From an uncultured Actinomycetes bacterium (GTDB lineage: Bacteria; Actinomycetota; Thermoleophilia; Gaiellales; Gaiellaceae), in the NCBI GenBank assembly GCA_963803325.1, contig CAWDLU010000002.1:154982-218981 (forward strand): a stretch of 64,000 nucleotides of DNA. The letters run 5' to 3'. Below are positions 58,346 through 64,000 of the stretch, one piece after another; the stretch's first letter is position 1; every line of letters starts with the position of its first letter. The position numbers and the translations under genes are program-made. The notes under the pieces are model-generated. The model ran no database searches. It saw only the letters and a list, made by a program, of their open reading frames with translations, and had not been told where the DNA came from.

Positions 58346-58935
58346 TGCGCACCGAGCCTTCCCTTCTTCTTCCCATCTTCCGTTCCGACGGTCAGCAACG
58401 ACTGCTCGCTCGCGTCTACCTCTCTCCTGACCAGGCTGTCCCGATCTCTGAGCTCGCGCGCGAGCTGGGGGTCGACCGAGGGGGAGTGAAACGCGAGGCC
58501 GACAGGCTCGAACGTGCCGGGCTCATCCGCTCGGAACGGGTGGGGCGCCAGCGACTTCTCCACCCCGACCCGAGCTCGCCGTACTACCGGGAGCTTTACG
58601 GCCTTCTCGTCAAGGCGTTCGGGCCCAAGACCATGCTCAGGCAGGAGCTCGCTGCGATCGACGGTATCCAGCAGGCCTTCCTGTACGGGTCCTGGGCAGC
58701 GCGCTATCACGGGGAGGAGGGTCTCGATCCTGCCGACATCGACGTGATCGTCGTCGGCCGCCCGTCACGAATGGCGATCGCGGGAGCGGGACGGCGACTG
58801 ACCGAATTGCTGGGTCGGGACGTGAACGTGACGATCGTGACCCCAGAGGACTGGGAGGCGGCGGAGAGCGGCTTCCTCAAGGAGGTCCGCCGAAGCCCGC
58901 TGGTTCCGATCCGGCTGCGGGAGAGCCGAGGATGA
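58345..58935 (+). CDS. Winged-HTH (ArsR-like) + nucleotidyltransferase (MNT-type) protein
   Basis: 'PISELARELGVDRGGVKREADRLERAGLIRSERVGRQRL' (wHTH). 'AFLYGSWAARYHGEEGLDPADIDVIVVG' (pol-beta NTase GS...D.D motif). Confidence 0.65.
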   Translation: MRTEPSLLLPIFRSDGQQRLLARVYLSPDQAVPISELARELGVDRGGVKREADRLERAGLIRSERVGRQRLLHPDPSSPYYRELYGLLVKAFGPKTMLRQELAAIDGIQQAFLYGSWAARYHGEEGLDPADIDVIVVGRPSRMAIAGAGRRLTELLGRDVNVTIVTPEDWEAAESGFLKEVRRSPLVPIRLRESRG

Positions 58936-59366
58936 ACGCGGACGATGTGGACGCGCTGCTCGCCGAAGGCGTGCTCGCACGAGTTGTCGCCGACACCGAG
59001 GAGGCGCGGCGCGAGCTCGACGCGGCGAAGGCGCATCTCCGTGGAGCCAAGGCGGCCGTGAAGGTCGACCCGACCGGTGCTTTCACGCTCGCCTATGACG
59101 CCGCGCGGAAGGCCGTCGTTGCGCACATGCGGGCAAACGGGTTTCGCGTCGGGCGGCGGTTTGGAGTCCATGTCCAGACCGGTCGCTATGCACGCGCGGC
59201 GCTCCGGGGTCCCGACGCCGATCGGCACCTCACCGCTTTCGAGAACATGCGGATCGTGCGCAACGACACTGAGTACGGAGCCGAGATCGTGAGTGCCGCC
59301 GACGCGGCTGAAGCTCTGGCTCATGCACGTGCGATCGTCGCAGCGGTCGAGGCCGAACTCGGATGA
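58932..59366 (+). CDS. HEPN domain protein (toxin partner of MNT)
   Basis: 144 aa and helical, with 'MRIVRNDTEYG' (R-x4-E/H HEPN-like motif). Has 4-nt overlaps with both neighbours. Confidence 0.6.
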   Translation: MNADDVDALLAEGVLARVVADTEEARRELDAAKAHLRGAKAAVKVDPTGAFTLAYDAARKAVVAHMRANGFRVGRRFGVHVQTGRYARAALRGPDADRHLTAFENMRIVRNDTEYGAEIVSAADAAEALAHARAIVAAVEAELG

Positions 59367-60841
59367 GCACCCAGAACGGACTCGTCCAGCGGCTGTGGAG
59401 CTACTGCAACGTCCTCCGCGACGACGGGCTCTCGTACGGCGACTACCTCGAGCAGCTCACCTACCTGCTGTTCCTGAAGATGGCAGACGAGCAGACGAGG
59501 CCGCCGTTCTCGCGCCCGGCGGTCGTCCCCGAGGGGCTCGACTGGGCCTCGCTCTTGGAGCGCGACGGCGACGAGCTCGAGGTCCACTACCGCCAGGTGC
59601 TGACCGAGCTGGGCCGGAAACCCGGGATGCTCGGGGTCGTGTTCCGCAAGGCGCAGAACCGGATTCAGGACCCGGCCAAGCTGCGGCGCCTCGTGGTTGA
59701 TCTGATCGACCGGGAGAGCTGGCTGACGCTCGACGCGGACGTCAAGGGCGACGCGTACGAGGGGCTGCTGGAGCGCAACGCGGAGGACGTGAAGTCGGGC
59801 GCAGGCCAGTACTTCACGCCGCGGCCGCTGATCCGGGCGATCGTCGAGGTGATGCGGCCCGAGCCGGGGATGCGGATCGCCGACCCGGCCTGTGGCACGG
59901 GCGGCTTCCTGCTCGCCGCGCACGAGTGGATCGCGACGAACCACCTGCTCGACCCCGACGAGAAGCGGGCACTGCGCTACGAGGCGCTGAAGGGCTGGGA
60001 GATCGTCGACAACACCGCGCGGCTCTGCGTGATGAACCTGCTGCTGCACGGGATCGGCGACGAGGAGCACGAGAGCCCGATCGTCGTCGACGACGCGCTG
60101 AAGGCCGATCCGAATGAGCGGTTCGAGCTGGTGCTGACCAATCCGCCGTTCGGGCGCAAGTCGTCGATGACGTTCGTGAGCGACGAGGGCGAGGTCGGCC
60201 GCGAGGACCTCGTCGTCGTGCGCGATGACTTCTGGGCGTCGACCTCGAACAAGCAGCTCAACTTCGTCCAGCACGTGAAGACCCTGCTTGCGATCGGCGG
60301 CCGCGCCGCGGTGGTCGTGCCCGACAACGTGCTGTTCGAGGGCGGCGCCGGCGAGACCGTGCGGCGCAGGCTGCTCGACGAGTGCGACGTGCACACGCTG
60401 CTGCGCCTGCCGACCGGTGTCTTCTACGCCCAGGGCGTGAAGGCGAACGTCCTCTTCTTCGACCGCAAGCCCGCGGCGGAGGCTCCGTGGACACGCGAGC
60501 TGTGGGTGTACGACCTGCGCACGAACATGCACTTCACCCTCAAGCAGAACCCGCTCCGCCGGGAGCACCTCGCGGAGTTCGTCGAGGCGTACAGGACGGA
60601 GAGCCGGCACGAGCGGGTCGAGTCGGAGCGCTTCAGGCGCTTCGTCTACGACGAGCTGGTCCAGCGCGACAAGGTCAGCCTCGACCTGATCTGGCTCCGC
60701 GACGACTCCCTCGAGGACATGGACAACCTGCCCCCGCCGGAGGTGATCGCCCAGGAGATCGTCGAGGACCTCGAGGCCGCGCTCGCGGAGTTCGCCGCGG
60801 TCGCCGAGTCGCTCGCACGGGGAAGGAGTGGAGAGGTCTAG
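59363..60841 (+). CDS. hsdM: Type I restriction-modification DNA methyltransferase subunit M
   Basis: 'LWSYCNVLRDDGLSYGDYLEQLTYLLFLKMADE' (HsdM N domain). 'GQYFTPRPLIRAIV', 'DPACGTGGFL' (motif I) and 'LTNPPFG' (motif IV). Confidence 0.9.
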   Translation: MSTQNGLVQRLWSYCNVLRDDGLSYGDYLEQLTYLLFLKMADEQTRPPFSRPAVVPEGLDWASLLERDGDELEVHYRQVLTELGRKPGMLGVVFRKAQNRIQDPAKLRRLVVDLIDRESWLTLDADVKGDAYEGLLERNAEDVKSGAGQYFTPRPLIRAIVEVMRPEPGMRIADPACGTGGFLLAAHEWIATNHLLDPDEKRALRYEALKGWEIVDNTARLCVMNLLLHGIGDEEHESPIVVDDALKADPNERFELVLTNPPFGRKSSMTFVSDEGEVGREDLVVVRDDFWASTSNKQLNFVQHVKTLLAIGGRAAVVVPDNVLFEGGAGETVRRRLLDECDVHTLLRLPTGVFYAQGVKANVLFFDRKPAAEAPWTRELWVYDLRTNMHFTLKQNPLRREHLAEFVEAYRTESRHERVESERFRRFVYDELVQRDKVSLDLIWLRDDSLEDMDNLPPPEVIAQEIVEDLEAALAEFAAVAESLARGRSGEV

Positions 60842-60843
60842 AT

Positions 60844-61809
60844 CTAGAGGTTCCGCCGCCGCAGCACGACCCCGAGCGGCAGCACCGCGGCGATCACCAG
60901 ATACGGCGCGAGGTCGGTCCGGCTCGTGACCGTGCCGAGGCGGGTGCGCGGGCCGGTACCGAGCTCGGCCCGGGCCGCCCGGATAGCGCCCTCGACCTGG
61001 TGCTCGCCGAACGCGCGGCCCCGGGTTGCTTCGAGGAAGCCGGCAAGCGCCTGGCCGCTCCCCGGCGGTGCGACGTAGGCCGGCTCCGGCACGCCGGTCG
61101 GCCCGAACACCTGCTCGCGGGCGGAGCCGACCCGGACCAGGACGACGCCCGTTCTCGGCGGACCTGCGAAGTCGCGACGGAGCGTGTCGACGGCGAACCC
61201 CTCGCTCTCGGCATCGGTGATCACGACCAGCAGCCTGCGTGAGGCGCTCGACCGAAAGTACCCGGCGACCGGAATCGAGGCGACCGCGTCGAAGCTCGAG
61301 ATCGTCACGCCGGTCGAGCGTGGCGGCGGCCGTTCGATCCCGATCGCCTTCGCGAGTGCCGAGTCGAACGCCTCCGCGTCCGGCGACGGCAGCAGTAGCG
61401 GGAGCGGCCGATCGGTGAAGGTGCCCACGCCGGTGGGAGTGTCCTCAAGCGCGGCGCGAAGCTGCCCGGCGATTCGCTTCGCCCGATCGAGCCGGGTGAG
61501 CGTGTGCGGCGAGCCGGCCGCCAGCATCGACCGGGACGTATCGACGGCCACGAACGCCTCCGCGTCCAGCCGGGTCAGCCGCGCCCGTTCGCTAGAGAGA
61601 AACGGCTGTGCGGCGGCGAGGCCGAGCACCGCGACGATCGCGGCGAGCGCGAGGGGGAGCTCGACCCGGGCCAGCCGGCCGGGAGCCGGGAGTCCGAGCA
61701 CTCGGCGGGCTCGGTGCGCCCGGCGCTCGACGAGCGCGACGAGAGCGAGCGGCACCAGCCCGGCGAGGCCGATCAGGCCGGCGCTCGGCGTCAGGAAATG
61801 GAGCGGCAT
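60844..61809 (-). CDS. VWA domain membrane protein (BatA-like)
   Basis: From ATG 61809: N-terminal TM 'LIGLAGLVPLALVAL', 'AFVAVDTSRSM' (MIDAS DxSxS), and a C-terminal TM 'LAPYLVIAAVLPLGVVL'. Confidence 0.65.
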   Translation of the reverse strand: MPLHFLTPSAGLIGLAGLVPLALVALVERRAHRARRVLGLPAPGRLARVELPLALAAIVAVLGLAAAQPFLSSERARLTRLDAEAFVAVDTSRSMLAAGSPHTLTRLDRAKRIAGQLRAALEDTPTGVGTFTDRPLPLLLPSPDAEAFDSALAKAIGIERPPPRSTGVTISSFDAVASIPVAGYFRSSASRRLLVVITDAESEGFAVDTLRRDFAGPPRTGVVLVRVGSAREQVFGPTGVPEPAYVAPPGSGQALAGFLEATRGRAFGEHQVEGAIRAARAELGTGPRTRLGTVTSRTDLAPYLVIAAVLPLGVVLRRRNL

Positions 61810-62411
61810 CAGTATCCGTGTCCCAGCGAGGCGGCACTCGCTCCCGACCGGGAGGTCCGTGTACTGCGAGGGCTCCCGCGCAGCGTGTTCGGCACCGATT
61901 GCTGCTGGTATGCGAGCTCGAGGTTGGCCTTCGCCTGCTCGTTGCCCGGATCGAGATGGATCGCGTCCTGAAACTCGAAGACGCTCCGCTCGATCGGCGT
62001 GGCGCTGTCGTCGGCGGTCGTCGCGTCCACGAACGCCAGGATTCCGAGCAGGTTCGCCGCGGCGGACGCGCGACGGCGATCGCCGTCGGCGCGGATCTCG
62101 TGCGCGAGCGCGGTCTCGGCCTGAACTCTGATCGCCGCGCCCTCGAGGCTGCGCTCGAAGCTCGGAATGCGTGTGTATGCGCGCCGGAAGAGGGCGCTCG
62201 CGCGCCGGAAGGCGAGGTCGTCGTCCACCGCGAGCAGCCGCCGCGCGAGCCCGAGCGGGACCGCCTCGCCCGCGGTCCAGGAAGGATCGGGAGCCTGACC
62301 CGCGGCGGCGACGTCGCCTGACCGCAGCGTCGTGTGCCAGCGGCCGACGTCGCGTGCCAGCAGCGCAGCGACCAGGGCAAGGGCCAGGCAAGCGCCCGCA
62401 GCGGCGAGCAT
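61809..62411 (-). CDS. Hypothetical membrane-anchored protein (Bat operon-like, TPR-ish)
   Basis: From ATG 62411: N-terminal TM 'MLAAAGACLALALVAALLA' and a helical remainder. The stop overlaps the downstream start. Confidence 0.4.
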   Translation of the reverse strand: MLAAAGACLALALVAALLARDVGRWHTTLRSGDVAAAGQAPDPSWTAGEAVPLGLARRLLAVDDDLAFRRASALFRRAYTRIPSFERSLEGAAIRVQAETALAHEIRADGDRRRASAAANLLGILAFVDATTADDSATPIERSVFEFQDAIHLDPGNEQAKANLELAYQQQSVPNTLRGSPRSTRTSRSGASAASLGHGY

Positions 62412-62428
62412 CGCGATCCGCCGGTGCC

Positions 62429-63229
62429 TCAAGCGCTGCTCCTTCCCCAGCTCAGTGTCCCGAGCGCCTGCTCGTTCAGGGCCAGGAGCAGGGCGAGCAG
62501 CCCGACGGCGACGACCACGCCGAACGGGAAGCCGGGTCGAGACCGCGGCAGGGAATCCCGCCCGGGGGCGGACCGGAGCGTGGTCACCGACCCGCCGCCC
62601 GAGCCGAGGGCGCCGCGAAAGAGTCTCTCGTCCTCCTTCGCCGGGTTGACCGCGACGATCCGGATCGGGATCGATTCGCGGGTGTACGAGACGAGCTCGC
62701 GGGCCAGCTCGGACCGGTCGTTCGGCGCGTCCGCGAGGTCGCTGATCAGGACAACCGACCCGTGGACGATCCGGTCGCGGCGGAGCATCCGGTGGGCGAG
62801 AGCGAGCGCGACCGAGATTCTCGTCCCGGCCGAGAAGGCCTGCGTCCACGGGTTCGGCGCACCGTCTCCCTTGAAGAACCGAAGGTACGGATCCAGCGCG
62901 ACTGAACGTGTCCCCGGCGGCAGCGCCTCGTAGGCAGTGTCCGAAAAGAGAACGAGGCCGAGCCGCCGCCCCGACCGGGCGAGGTCGCGGATCGTCCGCT
63001 CGATCAGCTGGGACTTGTCGTACGAAACGCTCCACGAGAGGTCAAGCGCGACCACCGGACTCGTTCCGCTCGGTAGCAGCGCGCCTCCCTTCTTCGTTTC
63101 GTGAGCGGCGACGAAGGCCGCCGCCAGCGTGCCGACCAGCGCCGCGGCGAGTACGACCCTGACGATCAACGTGCGTCTGCCGCGCGGGGCGAGCGCGCGG
63201 GTGGAGGAGAGCGGGATCGCCCGTCTCAT
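62429..63229 (-). CDS. VWA-like membrane protein (BatB-like)
   Basis: From ATG 63229: TM 'IVRVVLAAALVGTLAAAFVA', 'VVALDLSWSVS' (MIDAS-like), 'VVLISDLADAPND', and a C-terminal TM. Confidence 0.55.
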   Translation of the reverse strand: MRRAIPLSSTRALAPRGRRTLIVRVVLAAALVGTLAAAFVAAHETKKGGALLPSGTSPVVALDLSWSVSYDKSQLIERTIRDLARSGRRLGLVLFSDTAYEALPPGTRSVALDPYLRFFKGDGAPNPWTQAFSAGTRISVALALAHRMLRRDRIVHGSVVLISDLADAPNDRSELARELVSYTRESIPIRIVAVNPAKEDERLFRGALGSGGGSVTTLRSAPGRDSLPRSRPGFPFGVVVAVGLLALLLALNEQALGTLSWGRSSA

Positions 63230-64000
63230 TCCGGCGTCCACGACTCCTCGACCCGCGCTGCGAACGCACCCGCCGCCTCGGGCGAGGGAGCGTCCTCCGA
63301 CCAGGCAAGGCGCCCGGCGTCGGTGGCGAGGTCGCCTCGGTCGACCGCCCGGAGCTCGCGCCCAAGGCCGCCGAGCGCCTTCCGCCGCTCGCTCGGGCGG
63401 GCGTTCGAGATGCTCTCGCGCACGCGCCGCAATGCTCGCTCGAGCGGCGAGAGCGGGTGCTCTGCCGGCGCGGGGCGTTCGGCGCGAGAGCGGAGCGCGA
63501 GCGTCCCCAGTGCGGCGGCGGCGAGTGCGAGGGCCGCGCTCAGCGCCGTCAGCAGCGCGCGCAGCGTGGCCGGCGCGATCCGGTACGAGGGTGGGGGGAG
63601 CGCGGGGTCGAACCGCAGCCGGCCGGCCGGGTCGCGGCGATCCGCATCGGTGACCCGTGAGGAGATCTGGTAGCTCGGCCATTCGACCGCGTGCGTCGAC
63701 CTGACCCCCGAGCGCGACCGGAACGAGACGCGCGCCGGTAGGAACCGGCGCTCTCCCGCGCGCGTGGGGACACACGCCGGTAGGAGGCACTCGAGCGCAT
63801 AGCTGTACGAGCGCAGCACCGCGCCGCTCCGGCGGGTCGCCACGCTGGTCGACGCGATGCGGTACGGCGAAAACCGGGGCGCGACGCGGATGCTGGACGG
63901 ATCGACCGCACCGGGGTCGACGAGCAGGTCGAGCCGTGCGGTGACGGGGTCGCCGAACGCGAGTGTGCGCGCCGAGAGCGACGCCGTCTCGACCAGAGCC
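63226..64000 (-). CDS. Hypothetical protein of the Bat-like operon, probably continuing beyond the right edge
   Basis: The frame containing ORF 63226-63843 stays open to position 64000 (checked codon by codon) with plausible composition. One TM, 'LRALLTALSALALAAAALGTLAL'. Confidence 0.4.
   Translation of the reverse strand, partial: ALVETASLSARTLAFGDPVTARLDLLVDPGAVDPSSIRVAPRFSPYRIASTSVATRRSGAVLRSYSYALECLLPACVPTRAGERRFLPARVSFRSRSGVRSTHAVEWPSYQISSRVTDADRRDPAGRLRFDPALPPPSYRIAPATLRALLTALSAALALAAAALGTLALRSRAERPAPAEHPLSPLERALRRVRESISNARPSERRKALGGLGRELRAVDRGDLATDAGRLAWSEDAPSPEAAGAFAARVEESWTPE

Noticed and set aside
32075-60841. Classical integrase-mediated genomic island at tRNA-Lys.
   Set aside because: No tyrosine or serine integrase gene, and no direct repeat of the tRNA 3' end, was found anywhere in the window. 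The region is accessory-like, but the mechanism and exact right boundary cannot be asserted from this sequence.

Overview
High-GC (roughly 70% by eye) chromosome segment, probably Actinomycetota. Calls rest on reading the supplied ORF translations and the DNA by eye; no searches were run.

Positions 1-32 kb look like ordinary core genome:
- thiD'/thiL, trxA, a GT2 mannosyltransferase, PolX, a PLP decarboxylase, a CaCA exchanger, GNAT, NUDIX and otsB.
- A split TauE gene pair with an IS701-family insertion at its stop codon.
- An M23 peptidase, an MMPL transporter, a large LuxR/LAL regulator and an FHA protein.
- rmlACD/rmlB, SpoIID, an S8 protease, an F420-type LLM oxidoreductase, and a WbpA/B/D/I-like UDP-sugar operon.

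A tRNA-Lys(CUU) at 32002-32074 is followed by about 29 kb of accessory DNA (32.1-60.8 kb). Most of it is an apparent conflict/immunity island:
- Four paralogous TIR proteins, each with a hydrophobic helix followed by about 14-16 WD40 blades. One of them also carries an nSTAND-type P-loop NTPase.
- A DUF4231/SLATT-like 2TM gene coupled to one TIR gene.
- A tightly coupled operon encoding a DUF4071-like/TPR/SLOG-like protein, a patatin lipase and a TIR-WD40 protein.
- A TolB-like secreted propeller, a DUF5995-like gene, a secreted InlB-B-repeat-like protein and a multi-domain peptidoglycan hydrolase.

The distal part of the island (55.4-60.8 kb) is a decayed type I R-M locus. It has an orphan hsdM, two hsdS 3' remnants forming an 83-bp direct repeat around a frameshifted DUF3800 gene, and a truncated PIN gene. 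It is interleaved with toxin-antitoxin-like pairs (AbrB/PIN, HTH-DUF433/DUF5615-like, wHTH-NTase/HEPN).

The window ends in a Bat/VWA-like operon. Most long ORFs lying antisense to the called genes are Arg/Pro/Gly-rich shadow ORFs typical of high-GC DNA and were not called.
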